Shown here piece after piece: positions 1-10,171 of a stretch of 64,000 bases of DNA (the first letter of the stretch is position 1; the number at the start of each line of letters is the position of its first letter). A model generated the notes under the pieces. The model did not search any database. It was not told where the DNA came from and saw only the letters and a list, made by a program, of their open reading frames with translations. Position numbers and translations under genes: made by a program. Origin of the DNA: Patescibacteria group bacterium (GTDB lineage Bacteria > Patescibacteriota > Minisyncoccia > Phycocordibacterales > UBA9973); the NCBI GenBank assembly GCA_040390725.1, contig JAZJXT010000006.1, positions 367-64,366 on the forward strand. Reading direction: 5' to 3'.

Positions 1-185
1 CAGGGTATGCTCCTTTATCATAAAGATAAAGATTATTGAGGTTTACTCAATAGGGTTTCCCCATTCGGAAATCTCCGGATCAAAGGTTGCTAGGCACCTC
101 CCCGAAGCTTATCGCAGCAACGCCACGTCCTTCATCGCCTCTTAAAGTCAAGGCATCCACCGTACGCCCTTAAATTTCCTGTTAA
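1..185 (-). rRNA. rrl: 23S rRNA, 5' end (the gene continues beyond the window start)
   Basis: The reverse complement of 1-185 matches the conserved 23S 5' domain (GGATGCCTTGAC...GATGAAGGACGTG...GCGATAAGC...GATTTCCGAATGGGGAAACC). No 16S rRNA is found upstream on the minus strand within 5 kb. Confidence 0.8.
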
Positions 186-574
186 GAAATTTGAAAACCA
201 CAAACCCTACATTACATAGGGTTAAAACAAAGCTCTAAAAACATTCTTTCAGGGACCGCTCCCATACTTAAAAAATTCTTAAAACTAATTTCTGTCTAGG
301 CCGAAAAGACCCTCCTCAACCCTGTCGCTCGCGAGCGACGGGGTCAATACCTGACAGCTTTTAATTTTCAATATTCAATCGTCCCGAATTTTCAATAAAA
401 AAACCGCTTTTAGAGCGGTCTTAACAGACAAATAAAAACGTCTGCTAAACCCGCCGTTTTAACTTGTTTTTTATAATTATCATACTGATTAAGCCATACT
501 ATACTAAAGCCAAAAATAAGTCAAATTTCCCCTTCTGGGGATATGTTTATAACGTGGGGAAAGAGGAAAATCAC

Positions 575-1081
575 TTACATCAAACTATCAATGAGATTAT
601 CCAAATTATCAAAAAAAGTTTTTTGGTTAGTCTTACAATTATCGTATTGAGTATTCCCTGGACCACCATATCCATCACAATTAACCCAATAAAGTTTGAA
701 AGTTGCTATTTTAATTCCAGCTCCGTTTGCTTTCGTATAAGTATAATCACCACCCACATGACCCGCCGCTCCATCCAGAAAACTACTAACACAATATGTT
801 TTACCATTTATTATTTTTTGAACTGCTGTGGAGTTTTCACCATTAGACGGCAAGCAAGAATACGCAACTGAAGAATCTTTAACTACCGGAGGCCAACCAT
901 TTTCATATGTTCCCATATATTGCGGAAGTGTTGTTGAAACTGGTGAATTGTTTTGTACCGGATTATTTACAATAGTATTTATTGCAGGAATATTTTGTGG
1001 CTTCAAAAAAGCTACGTAGCCAATAATTAAAATTATTACCACTAACAAAGTTATTATAACTGTACGTGTGTTTATTTTCAT
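575..1081 (-). CDS. hypothetical protein with an N-terminal transmembrane anchor and a secreted domain
   Basis: ORF track; hydrophobic N-terminus (VIITLLVVIILIIGYVAF). Downstream hairpin terminator gctgaactagtcagc. No recognisable family. Confidence 0.4.
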   Translation of the reverse strand: MKINTRTVIITLLVVIILIIGYVAFLKPQNIPAINTIVNNPVQNNSPVSTTLPQYMGTYENGWPPVVKDSSVAYSCLPSNGENSTAVQKIINGKTYCVSSFLDGAAGHVGGDYTYTKANGAGIKIATFKLYWVNCDGYGGPGNTQYDNCKTNQKTFFDNLDNLIDSLM

Positions 1082-1158
1082 AAATTAAGTATATCACAAA
1101 AAAAATGGACAAAAAGAAAAGGCTGAACTAGTCAGCCTTTTTTAAAAACAAATTCATT

Positions 1159-1926
1159 TCATCCCCCTAACTCTGGATACAAAGCATGTAAAAATTTATC
1201 TTTACATTTTGCATACACAATCAAATTCTTTACAATGGGATCTTTGAAATTAATACTTTGCTGATTAACTTTTCCAAAGGACAGATGAAAATCACTGCAA
1301 TCACAAATCACCTCAGTCATTTCAGGATGATTCTCATGGTAAACAAAAAACTGATAATCCCATGCCTGTTTTTCTCTGAGAAAACTGTTAGAAAAAGGAA
1401 GCGGTTTTAAATGATTTTTTGCATCTATATTGCTAAAGGATTGAAGTGCATGAACAAATTCATGGATTAAACAAGATGCTAATCCATCAAGATCTAGAAA
1501 ATTTGTACATGCTTTTGCATTCATACCAAAAGCAGCTTTACCACTTTTTATTAATTCATCAGAGAAAAAAGTAAATACATTCTCGCTGGGCGAACCACTT
1601 GAATCATTATTAAAAGTTTCCATCGCTTGATCCTCAAGAATCAAAAGTGTAATTTTTGATTCTAATCGGAATGTGTCTAGTCTTGCTTCCCGTATCGTAA
1701 GATGTTCTAACCCATAGAGAATAAAATCTCTAGTAAAAGTATCCCGAATAACCTGACACATCTCGCTGGCTCTTTTTACTACACGGCTAGCAAATTCGAT
1801 TTTTGTCTCTGGGGTTTGCTCTGAAACATCAGCGACTTTTTTAATATCTTTTTTGCATAACCATGCCTGGCAGAAAAAACTGAAACAGAACAAAACGATA
1901 ACTGGCATTAATACTGAATTTTTCAT
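1159..1926 (-). CDS. secreted protein with an HExxH motif; putative zinc metallopeptidase-like
   Basis: Signal-peptide-like N-terminus; motif LIHEFVHALQ (HExxH). The family is not identified. Confidence 0.4.
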   Translation of the reverse strand: MKNSVLMPVIVLFCFSFFCQAWLCKKDIKKVADVSEQTPETKIEFASRVVKRASEMCQVIRDTFTRDFILYGLEHLTIREARLDTFRLESKITLLILEDQAMETFNNDSSGSPSENVFTFFSDELIKSGKAAFGMNAKACTNFLDLDGLASCLIHEFVHALQSFSNIDAKNHLKPLPFSNSFLREKQAWDYQFFVYHENHPEMTEVICDCSDFHLSFGKVNQQSINFKDPIVKNLIVYAKCKDKFLHALYPELGG

Positions 1927-2085
1927 TGGTTGGGGGTTAGGGGTTAAACATTATTTAACCTTCCCAACTTAAAATAAACGGGGAAAATTAAATAATGTTT
2001 AACTCAAAATCACCTATGTCAAAAAACTGCTTTACTTTATATACTAACATTTATTAGAAAAAAGTCAAATAAAAATTAAAAAATC

Positions 2086-2580
2086 CTACGGTCCCGTTCC
2101 CGCTCGTTTGATATAGTAGCCTTGGCTGTTTTTATCTATCGTGACAAAAGATCCAGAGTTTATCCAACCATCCTCAGCAGGAACCCCGCCTCCCGCATAC
2201 CATTTGGACGTTTGACCCTTTGGTACTGGCATAGGTTTTACTGAATATGCAACACCAACCATAAAAGCATTATCTGTATCGTCTGCCATAAACCAAAACT
2301 TTTCCGGTTCTTTTGTTGTATTTCTAGTTCCGATAAAAGTTATTTTATTTATTTTGTAATCCAATAATTCCCCCTGATCAGTGAGCCATTTGGTAAAAAG
2401 AGGATAAACAATATCTGAATATTTTTGCATATCTTCAGATTGAACTTGCGCCAAATTTTTACTTTCTGAAACAGAATTTTTCTTCCCCGCATAATATGAC
2501 ATTCCGCCCACAGCCAAAACAGCGATGATTATTAAAATTATTACTATTGGTGCGAAGCCTTTATTTGTTTTCATTCTCAT
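2086..2580 (-). CDS. hypothetical membrane-anchored protein
   Basis: N-terminal TM helix (PIVIILIIIAVLAVGG). Downstream terminator and flanks resemble those of 575-1081. Confidence 0.4.
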   Translation of the reverse strand: MRMKTNKGFAPIVIILIIIAVLAVGGMSYYAGKKNSVSESKNLAQVQSEDMQKYSDIVYPLFTKWLTDQGELLDYKINKITFIGTRNTTKEPEKFWFMADDTDNAFMVGVAYSVKPMPVPKGQTSKWYAGGGVPAEDGWINSGSFVTIDKNSQGYYIKRAGTGP

Positions 2581-2658
2581 AAATTAAGTATAACACAAAA
2601 AAATTGGCAAAAATAAAAAGCTGACATGGTTAGTCAGCTTTAAAAATATTTAAGATAC

Positions 2659-3603
2659 TCAACCCACTATGGATTTAGCATGCTTGATGTGGTCGTTGAA
2701 AGTTTTACGATCACCGCTACAATCATAGAATTGCATATGCACCCCAAACCTTTTTGCCATGATAAAGAAATCATTTGTATGCCAAAGCCCCATTATAATA
2801 GCAATTTTCTTATAACCGTGTTTATGGGCTGCAATTGATGCTTTCGCAAAAGCAAGATAACTTCTAAGCATCATCAGATAAGACTGCATTTTGTCTGCGT
2901 CTGGAAAATCATCCAGATACTCTGATTTTAAATTCAAAGTAGCCATTGGACGATCCTGCAATCCAAACAAATGAACCTTATCTTTATGGGAAAGCCAATA
3001 ACGCACATCTCCCATTGCAAAGTTTTCAGGCTTCATTGTGTCTAAGAGTAATTGACCCTTATAGTCAACTCCATGCAATTCTTTTTCTCCTTGAATCATT
3101 TCTTTTTCCATCGTCTTCAAACTTACCTCCTCAGAAGTTGCATCCTCAACACCAACAGCTTCGTATTTATTAAACTCAAGCAGATAAAAAATAGCCCATT
3201 GGCTTTTATGAGAATCTTCCGAGTGTTCCCCCCTCATAGCATCAAGGTGGGTTTGAGCAATAAAATCAAATTCGATTCCCTTTGCATAAAGCAGTCCTTC
3301 CCTGATAATTTTCTTGTAGTTTTCTACATTTTTAAATACTGCATCAAACTCTTTTTGAAGTTTAGGGTATTTAAAAGTGTGAAGCATTTCAATACCATAA
3401 CTCATCATACTGTCTTCAGTATGCAAAAGAATTGGCAAAGAAGTTGCTTGTACTTCATAAAGAAACTTGAACATATCAAGAGTATCTTTGCCAACCGAAC
3501 TACTACTCAAAACAGCTTTTTCTTGTGACTTACTACTATTATTGTTAGTGCAGGCCAATAAGAAAATAATAATTAGTGGTAAAAAAACAAAAAACTTTTT
3601 CAT
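2659..3603 (-). CDS. putative lipoprotein, unknown function
   Basis: Lipobox-like LLAC after a hydrophobic N-terminus. The 150-bp upstream leader is ~80% identical to the leader of 1159-1926. Confidence 0.45.
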   Translation of the reverse strand: MKKFFVFLPLIIIFLLACTNNNSSKSQEKAVLSSSSVGKDTLDMFKFLYEVQATSLPILLHTEDSMMSYGIEMLHTFKYPKLQKEFDAVFKNVENYKKIIREGLLYAKGIEFDFIAQTHLDAMRGEHSEDSHKSQWAIFYLLEFNKYEAVGVEDATSEEVSLKTMEKEMIQGEKELHGVDYKGQLLLDTMKPENFAMGDVRYWLSHKDKVHLFGLQDRPMATLNLKSEYLDDFPDADKMQSYLMMLRSYLAFAKASIAAHKHGYKKIAIIMGLWHTNDFFIMAKRFGVHMQFYDCSGDRKTFNDHIKHAKSIVG

Positions 3604-3808
3604 GATTTGATTTAATTAAGGTTAAAAACATTACTGAACCTTCCTAATTTAAATAAACAAGGAAAGTTCAATAATGTTTGACCTAAAATCAATATGTCAA
3701 AAAACTATACTATTTTTAAACTATCATACTTTTTACAAAAAGTCAAATAGCAAAATGCCCCCGCCAGCAGGCGGGGGCATTTTTAGTAAATAAATCTTAA
3801 TAAAGAAA

Positions 3809-4504
3809 TTATTGATGATGAGACATGTCTTCACCAAGCTTATTGACGAATCTGCCAGCTGCATCTTTAGCACCCAAGCCAAAAGCAAGAGCACCTCCGA
3901 TAGCAAGCATACCGATAATACCTGTGAAAACTATTTGCATATAAGCAGGAGCTACTCCTAATTGACCTAATGCAATAATGAAAGCAAAAACCCAAATAGC
4001 ATATCTAGCGATAGAAGCTAGCATATTTGCAGAACGCAAGCTCATAGATTTTGCTCCAGCTCCAATTAATTTTGAAACTGCTTCAGCTACAAATGTAGCG
4101 ATAATCAAAATAAATGCAGCTACGATAACTCTAGGCAAGAATCCTAAAACATCTTCTTTCAAGAATACAGAAATATCTCCTAGGCCTACCAAATTTAGAG
4201 AAGGCATAAGGAAAACCAAAATAACAAACCATTTTACAACTTGTCCGATAAAGTAGCCGGAGTCCAAACTCATTCCAGCCTTTTTCATAAACTCACTCAT
4301 ACCAATAGAAGATAAAAGTCTGTCTACTTTTAGAGCGCCGATAACATGCTCAAATGCTTTTGCAACCAAATTACCCAAAATCCAACCTACTACAAAAAAT
4401 ACAATAGCGATAATAAGCTTTGGCGCGAATTGAATAAATCCCCACCACAAATCTTGAAGAGATGCATTAAAAACATCGCCCCATGACATCCAAATATTGT
4501 TCAT
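3809..4504 (-). CDS. multi-pass membrane protein; MscS-related 'conserved TM helix' repeat family (tentative)
   Basis: Repeated amphipathic or TM segments with a glycine-rich C-terminal part. I recall a resemblance to small mechanosensitive-channel-like proteins, but this is not certain. Confidence 0.35.
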   Translation of the reverse strand: MNNIWMSWGDVFNASLQDLWWGFIQFAPKLIIAIVFFVVGWILGNLVAKAFEHVIGALKVDRLLSSIGMSEFMKKAGMSLDSGYFIGQVVKWFVILVFLMPSLNLVGLGDISVFLKEDVLGFLPRVIVAAFILIIATFVAEAVSKLIGAGAKSMSLRSANMLASIARYAIWVFAFIIALGQLGVAPAYMQIVFTGIIGMLAIGGALAFGLGAKDAAGRFVNKLGEDMSHHQ

Positions 4505-4583
4505 AAATTATAAATAAAACTAATTAATAATAAACTTTCTAAGTTCGACCCTATTAAGTTTCTAGTTTCATTATATCAAATTT

Positions 4584-5165
4584 CTAGCTCTTTTTTAAAG
4601 CATGTGTGGATAACTCCTTGGCCTGCAAAACAACCTCATGAGGAAAATCAAGTATATCTCGTATTAGCTTATCATACATATTTAACCTATAAACAAAGTC
4701 TTTCGTATCAAAAATAGCATAAATTATTTCAGTTCCTAGCTCAGCTTCCAGCTTTTTTACGCCTTCTTCTATCTTATTTTTACTTAACTTGTCGCCTACT
4801 ATCAACAAATCCACCCTACTACTCTTGTTTTTGATAAATATACCAGAAACCAAAAAAAGTTTTATTTTACCTATTTTTTTAAAATTATCTAATATTACTT
4901 GCTTGTCTAAATTCTCAGAGCTCAACAAAAGAGTCTCAAATTCAATCTTGTATTTAAAATTAGAATCAAAAATATATTCCTGTCCGTGTTTTTTTATAAA
5001 ACCTGAGGAAATAAGAAGCTTGATTTCCTTGCGGACAGCATCGGCAGTGACTCGGCTTCGTTTTGCAATATCTACACCTTGAAAACCTTTTGTTTTATTC
5101 AATAAAAAAAGCCTCATGATCTTGACCCGAGCCGGACTGCCTAAAATTTTCCCCAATATTTCCAT
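4584..5165 (-). CDS. hypothetical; N-terminal winged-helix-like domain and C-terminal minimal nucleotidyltransferase-like segment (tentative)
   Basis: ORF track; C-terminal SGIFIKNKSSRVDLLIVGD resembles the GS...D.D motif of nucleotidyltransferases. Confidence 0.3.
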   Translation of the reverse strand: MEILGKILGSPARVKIMRLFLLNKTKGFQGVDIAKRSRVTADAVRKEIKLLISSGFIKKHGQEYIFDSNFKYKIEFETLLLSSENLDKQVILDNFKKIGKIKLFLVSGIFIKNKSSRVDLLIVGDKLSKNKIEEGVKKLEAELGTEIIYAIFDTKDFVYRLNMYDKLIRDILDFPHEVVLQAKELSTHALKKS

Positions 5166-5258
5166 AACTACTTTATAAACCTTTTTTACTAAAAAAACAA
5201 GGGCAAAAAGAAAGCCCGGAAAATTATTTATTCAAATAATTTTCCGGGCTAAAAATAA

Positions 5259-5645
5259 TTAACTAACTAATGTTATATCTTTTGAAGTCTTAAAGATAAA
5301 AACTGTCTTAGGGGGAAACTTTTGATCAGTTGCCCCATCAAAAATCTCAACCTCAACATGCTCGAATGTTTTAAACACTCTCACAAACTGACAAGAATAA
5401 TGACCCGGCTTTGTCTTCAGCGTATCAAGCTTGTACTGTGGCTTCATCGCTATGAACAGATTTTTTCTAAACAATTCCGGGGAAAAATTTATTATATCCG
5501 TAATATCTTGTAATTCTTTCGGAGTACAAAAGCAATCCAGTCCGAATGAGCTGGATGTAGCTTTAGAATAAATATCCCCATACATTTTAGCCCTTGGAAG
5601 CCCTAGATCACGCAAGCTTTTAAAAACCAAATTTTCTTTTGTCAT
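5259..5645 (-). CDS. hypothetical protein
   Basis: ORF track only. Confidence 0.3.
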   Translation of the reverse strand: MTKENLVFKSLRDLGLPRAKMYGDIYSKATSSSFGLDCFCTPKELQDITDIINFSPELFRKNLFIAMKPQYKLDTLKTKPGHYSCQFVRVFKTFEHVEVEIFDGATDQKFPPKTVFIFKTSKDITLVS

Positions 5646-5744
5646 AAGACATTATTTTTACTAAAACTCGCCTACTCTTTAAAGGATTTTCGGCTACTCC
5701 TTATTTATTTGTCAAAAAACTTTACCAAGCTCAAAAAAGAACAA

Positions 5745-5825
5745 ACACCAGCTTTTAAAAAGCTGATTCTTGAGTTGTTTTTAAAAACTTTCACAACACA
5801 AAAATCAAATTTCTACTTTATAAAA
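5745..5825. repeat. ~80-bp repeat (R8 copy 1): bidirectional terminator plus conserved spacer, downstream of serC
   Basis: aacaccagctttt-aaaaagctg...ttgagttgttttt...acacaaaaatca.atttcta aligns at ~75% with 10172-10250. Confidence 0.55.
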
Positions 5826-5834
5826 AAATATTCA

Positions 5835-6950
5835 TTATGTCAATACCAGACCTTTTAGGACCCTACAAAACTCTTCTACTTCTTGCCTTGAATGGCTGGG
5901 GAAATTCCCCAGCCTGATTTGTTTTTCTTTATCTTCCCCATAGCCACTAGCCACCAAAAAACCCTTTTCTTTCAAACTTTCTATTATTTTTTTCGACCCA
6001 TTTTTTGTTTCAGCTACTATCACAGTCTCAGAGCGCATTTCTTTATTATTAATTAACGGTTTTAATTCTTTGCATTTTTCTAATGTAGAATATATTAATT
6101 TTGCTTTTACTTTTATCTCACTTTTTAAATTCTCTACTCCTACACTTAAATAATCCTTGCAAACTTCATTTAATAAATACATACCGAAAACATTTGGCGT
6201 TTCTGGAGTTTGATTTTTCTCAGAATATTTTAAAAAACTCGCAAATGAATGATAAGAACCCGTATATTGTTTATTCTTTTTTTCTATCTCCTCCGCTTTT
6301 TTCAAAGCTCGCGGACTGACAAATAGCACGCCGAGCCCCGCCGGCAAGCCGAAGCCTTTTTGTACTGAAAAAAATGCACAATCAACTTTTGAAAAATCAA
6401 CATCGCACACCGGCGCGCTCGACACGATGTCGAGCGCGATTAACTTGTCCGGGAATTTTTCATAAACTTTTTCCAGAAAACTATTAGGTAAAAGTACCCC
6501 ATTAGTAGTTTCATTATGGGTCATACATATTAATTCCGGATCGCAATCACTGGGTATATCCTCCAAAGAAAATGAGCGATCCTCACGAGCTAATATTTCA
6601 GTACTCACTCTGCCTTGATCTTTACTAATTTCAGAAAATTTTTTAGAAAAATATCCATCGACAAAATGCAAAGTATTTTTCTCCGAACAATTCTGCACGA
6701 CACGTTCCATGAATTCTGTCGCGGAACAAGCATAAAAAACATAATATTCATCGGGAATATTCAAAAGTTTTTTTAAGTTACTTGATAAATCCTCATAAAG
6801 TTCCATAAACTTCTCTCCCCTGTGTGATATCGAACCGATATCTTCTCTACCAGCTTGCTCAATAAATTCCCCGAATTTCGGATGAAGATTACTTGGACCA
6901 ACTGTAAAATAATTTAATTTCATAAATTTAAATAATTGTTCTTGTTTCAA
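5835..6950 (-). CDS. serC: phosphoserine aminotransferase (class V aminotransferase)
   Basis: Length and motifs of class-V PLP aminotransferases (FSVQKGFGLPAGLG). Operon context with serA and a serB-containing gene. Confidence 0.7.
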   Translation of the reverse strand: MKQEQLFKFMKLNYFTVGPSNLHPKFGEFIEQAGREDIGSISHRGEKFMELYEDLSSNLKKLLNIPDEYYVFYACSATEFMERVVQNCSEKNTLHFVDGYFSKKFSEISKDQGRVSTEILAREDRSFSLEDIPSDCDPELICMTHNETTNGVLLPNSFLEKVYEKFPDKLIALDIVSSAPVCDVDFSKVDCAFFSVQKGFGLPAGLGVLFVSPRALKKAEEIEKKNKQYTGSYHSFASFLKYSEKNQTPETPNVFGMYLLNEVCKDYLSVGVENLKSEIKVKAKLIYSTLEKCKELKPLINNKEMRSETVIVAETKNGSKKIIESLKEKGFLVASGYGEDKEKQIRLGNFPSHSRQEVEEFCRVLKGLVLT

Positions 6951-7932
6951 CAGTAAATGATAAACTATTGGATAAATTATTATTCTTAGAATTCATAAAT
7001 TTAAAAAGACGATTTGAAACAAATTGCGCGATGTGTTTTTGCGCCTCTTCCGTACTGCCTCCTATGTGTGGAGTCAAAATAACATTCGGTAATTTTTGTA
7101 ACACATTTACTACTTTTTCATTATTACTTTTCGGCTCTTCGGGAAAAACATCCACCGCAGCTCCGGCTAAGTGCCCGGACTTTAAGCTGTGAGCTAAAGC
7201 TTCCAAGTTTACTACTTTTCCACGACTAAGATTCAAAAAATACGAACCTTTACGCATTATTTTAAATTCTTTTTCTCCAATCAAATTATGATTTTCAGCG
7301 CGAGCATCAATATGTAAAGTCACAATATCAGACTTTCTCAAAAGTTCTTCCATGCTGTCACACTTTTTTGCACTTCCCAATGCAGGCCTATCTGCAATAT
7401 CAAAATAATAAACTTGCATACCCATAAATTCCGCCATAAATGAAAGATGTGAACCAATATTCCCATAACCAATAATCCCCAAAGATTTTCCTCTCACTTC
7501 AAAACTCCCCTCTGAGCTTTTATTCCAAACTTTTTTGTGCAAGTTAACGCTTTTATCAAAAACTTTTCGTAAAAGCATTATCATCTCACCCAAAGCAAGC
7601 TCTACTACACTCCTGGTGCTGGAATATGGCGCATTAAATACTGAAACTCCATAATGTCCGCAAGCCAAAAGATCTATCTGGTCAGTACCTATACAAAATG
7701 CTCCCACTGCACGAAGGTCCGGCGCATTTTCCAAAACTTTTTTTGTCACCTTTGTTTTTGACCTGATGCCTAAAATAGAAACACCTTTTAAAGCCCCGAT
7801 GAGCTCTTCTTCATTTAAGGCTTGTACTAAATTTTTTACTTCATATCCTTTTTGGATAAAAAACTTTTCCGCTTCCAAATCAATATTTTCCAACAATAAT
7901 ACTTTTATTTTATTTTTTCTTATTTTTTGCAT
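6928..7932 (-). CDS. serA: D-3-phosphoglycerate dehydrogenase, short form (D-isomer 2-hydroxyacid dehydrogenase)
   Basis: NAD-binding GIIGYGNIGSHLS and the catalytic region typical of D-2-hydroxyacid dehydrogenases; adjacent to serC. No ACT domain (334 aa). Confidence 0.7.
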   Translation of the reverse strand: MQKIRKNKIKVLLLENIDLEAEKFFIQKGYEVKNLVQALNEEELIGALKGVSILGIRSKTKVTKKVLENAPDLRAVGAFCIGTDQIDLLACGHYGVSVFNAPYSSTRSVVELALGEMIMLLRKVFDKSVNLHKKVWNKSSEGSFEVRGKSLGIIGYGNIGSHLSFMAEFMGMQVYYFDIADRPALGSAKKCDSMEELLRKSDIVTLHIDARAENHNLIGEKEFKIMRKGSYFLNLSRGKVVNLEALAHSLKSGHLAGAAVDVFPEEPKSNNEKVVNVLQKLPNVILTPHIGGSTEEAQKHIAQFVSNRLFKFMNSKNNNLSNSLSFTVETRTII

Positions 7933-7949
7933 ATATAATTTTACGATTA

Positions 7950-10127
7950 TTAAATAATAATTTTTAAAACATCTAGGAACGACCTTGCTTGAAAATCAGA
8001 ACGAAGAGCTACGTTTTTCCTGTATATATGCTCAGTATATGCTATAAAATTTTCTGCTATGCCACTTTCTTTTATTTCATAATCAGTGTACCCATCACCT
8101 ATAATGATTGCCGGCATCGGCAAAGAAAGAGCTTTTAGTTGTTTTACTTTTCCTAAATGTTCAGAAGTTAACCGTGAAGAATCAACTCCTATTACTCGGC
8201 CGAATTTATTAAATTTAAATTTATTGGCAAATACATTCCCTGCTGGTATGCCTAATTTTTTTATAGTCGGCAAGATCATCTCTTCGAAACCACCGGAAAC
8301 TACATAAATATTTTCAGCATTTGTATTGAAGAAATCTTCATTGTCCAAGAATGATTTGGTAATAAATTTGGTTATCTGCTTGCCTGCTTCTAATACTTGG
8401 TCTCGTGTCGGCGCCATCAATGCCATTCTTTTTGCCAGTGATTCATCGAAACTTATTTCACCATTCATCCCCGAATTAGTAATATCTTTTATTTTCCAAA
8501 TAATTTGTTTTTTATTCGGGTTATTTTTTAAAGATAAATCTGCCAAAAAATCCAAAGATTCAACACATACAATAGTGCTATCAAAATCAAAAATAATACT
8601 TTTGTATTTTAACTTTTTACTATCACCAACCATTACTCCCCTGTTAAATAAATTCATCGGGTCTACGTCTTTTTTTAATTTATTTAATAAATTCATTTCT
8701 TTTTCACTATACAAAAAACTCAAAAATGATCGACCATTTCCCTTTGGATCTCTTACTGTTTTTCTGCCACATCCATGCTCAGCAGAAATAGTGCCGCCCA
8801 GCATCAAAGGAACATTTAAAAGTTTATCGTATATTTTTTCAGCCTTTTTCCAATTCTTCACAGAGTCTGGCAAAAAATTAAAATGTAAGTGCTGGTCCCC
8901 GATATGCCCCCACATTGCCGTGGCAGGAGCACTATTTTTTGGACAAAATTTCTTAAAATCTTTCTCCGCCTTTTTGTATATTTTCAATAAAACTTTAAAT
9001 TTAGAAACAGGTACGGCAAAATCAGTCCCGAGTTTTTTCATATTATTTTTTTTCAAGAAATTACGTACAGCACTTGGTATGCCATACCTGACTATTTTTA
9101 TAACTTCTTCACCATATTCTTTATTTACTTTAAAAGACTTCTTTGCTCTCTTTATTATTTTTTCTATTTTTTTATCCCCTTTCAAATACTCCACCTCTAC
9201 CAAAGAACTTTCCATGCTAAACGGAAGCTTGTTATTTTTAGAAAACAATTTTAAAGAATTTGAATCAATAAATTCCAAAGAAATAATCCCCTTTTGTCTT
9301 TTTAAATTAAATTTAAATTTTTGAAGATTTTCCGCAAAAGCCAAGGCTTTTTTTTCTTTATTAAAAGAATAAATATATGACATTATTTCCTTTTTTGGAG
9401 AAATGCCCACTTCGGCCTGAAGGATCAAGCCGAAAATTCCCTCTGTACCAATAAAAAGATCTATCAAATCCATATTTTTTGAAGTTAAAACTCCAGCGGA
9501 ATTTTTAACTTTTGGATTCGGCAATTTTGGTAAATTTATAATTTTTCCATCGAGTTTTATTTTCCAATTCTCTGCACTATATTTACCTCGAGGAATATAA
9601 AATATTTTTCCATTTGGCAACATTACCCATAATGCTTTCACATGGTCACGAGTCGGACCGAAACCAAAAGTCCGTGGCCCGGAGGCATTCGTCGCCACAT
9701 TGCCACATAGAAATGCATTCACCTCTCCCGGATGTGGAGCATAAAAAAGATTTTCTTTATCTAGTGCTAAAATTAATTTTTTTAACACTACCCCTGCGGA
9801 CACTATACAAGTCGTTTTATTTTTATTTAAAAATATTCCATTTGATATTTTTTTATAATTTTTTAAGTCCCCTATATTTTCAAATAATTTTTCAGTGCTT
9901 AAGATTATCGCTTCTTCATATGGCATGATACCGGCATTAAGCCCTGTCTTTGCTCCGCTAAAAGTTATGGGTACTTTATTTTTTATTGACTCATTTACGA
10001 TTCTTTTTACTTCAATAATATTTTCAGGATAAAAAGCTCGGCAAGAACTAGCAGACCTCAATGGCTTTATCCTGCCTGCATCCAATAAGTTCTCCTCTTT
10101 TATTATTTTTTGTTTGATTTTTTTCAT
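7950..10127 (-). CDS. serB: fusion protein: N-terminal FAD-linked oxidase (GlcD/D-2-hydroxyacid dehydrogenase type) with a C-terminal HAD phosphoserine phosphatase
   Basis: N-terminal FAD-binding PCMH-like region (ITFSGAKTGLNAG) and the FAD-oxidase C-terminal motif GHIGDQHLH (GHxGDGNxH-like). C-terminal HAD motifs FDFDSTI ... GDGYTD. Confidence 0.65.
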   Translation of the reverse strand: MKKIKQKIIKEENLLDAGRIKPLRSASSCRAFYPENIIEVKRIVNESIKNKVPITFSGAKTGLNAGIMPYEEAIILSTEKLFENIGDLKNYKKISNGIFLNKNKTTCIVSAGVVLKKLILALDKENLFYAPHPGEVNAFLCGNVATNASGPRTFGFGPTRDHVKALWVMLPNGKIFYIPRGKYSAENWKIKLDGKIINLPKLPNPKVKNSAGVLTSKNMDLIDLFIGTEGIFGLILQAEVGISPKKEIMSYIYSFNKEKKALAFAENLQKFKFNLKRQKGIISLEFIDSNSLKLFSKNNKLPFSMESSLVEVEYLKGDKKIEKIIKRAKKSFKVNKEYGEEVIKIVRYGIPSAVRNFLKKNNMKKLGTDFAVPVSKFKVLLKIYKKAEKDFKKFCPKNSAPATAMWGHIGDQHLHFNFLPDSVKNWKKAEKIYDKLLNVPLMLGGTISAEHGCGRKTVRDPKGNGRSFLSFLYSEKEMNLLNKLKKDVDPMNLFNRGVMVGDSKKLKYKSIIFDFDSTIVCVESLDFLADLSLKNNPNKKQIIWKIKDITNSGMNGEISFDESLAKRMALMAPTRDQVLEAGKQITKFITKSFLDNEDFFNTNAENIYVVSGGFEEMILPTIKKLGIPAGNVFANKFKFNKFGRVIGVDSSRLTSEHLGKVKQLKALSLPMPAIIIGDGYTDYEIKESGIAENFIAYTEHIYRKNVALRSDFQARSFLDVLKIII

Positions 10128-10171
10128 ATTATTTTGCTCTTTATTTATTTTTACAACTGAACCTAAATAGA

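Noticed and set aside
464-1019. Plus-strand ORFs 464-871 and 828-1019
   Set aside because: They overlap the better-supported minus-strand gene 575-1081 (signal/TM, terminator, conserved flanking module). No features support them.
3604-3808. Hairpin cccccgccagcaggcggggg at about 3765-3790 as a separate feature
   Set aside because: It is simply the bidirectional intrinsic terminator between the convergent or adjacent genes 2659-3603 and 3809-4504.
8326-9324. 332-aa plus-strand ORF
   Set aside because: It lies entirely antisense within the serB-fusion gene and its translation is low-complexity (Phe/Leu/Ser/Lys-rich) with no domain signal. It is a typical antisense ORF artefact in AT-rich DNA.
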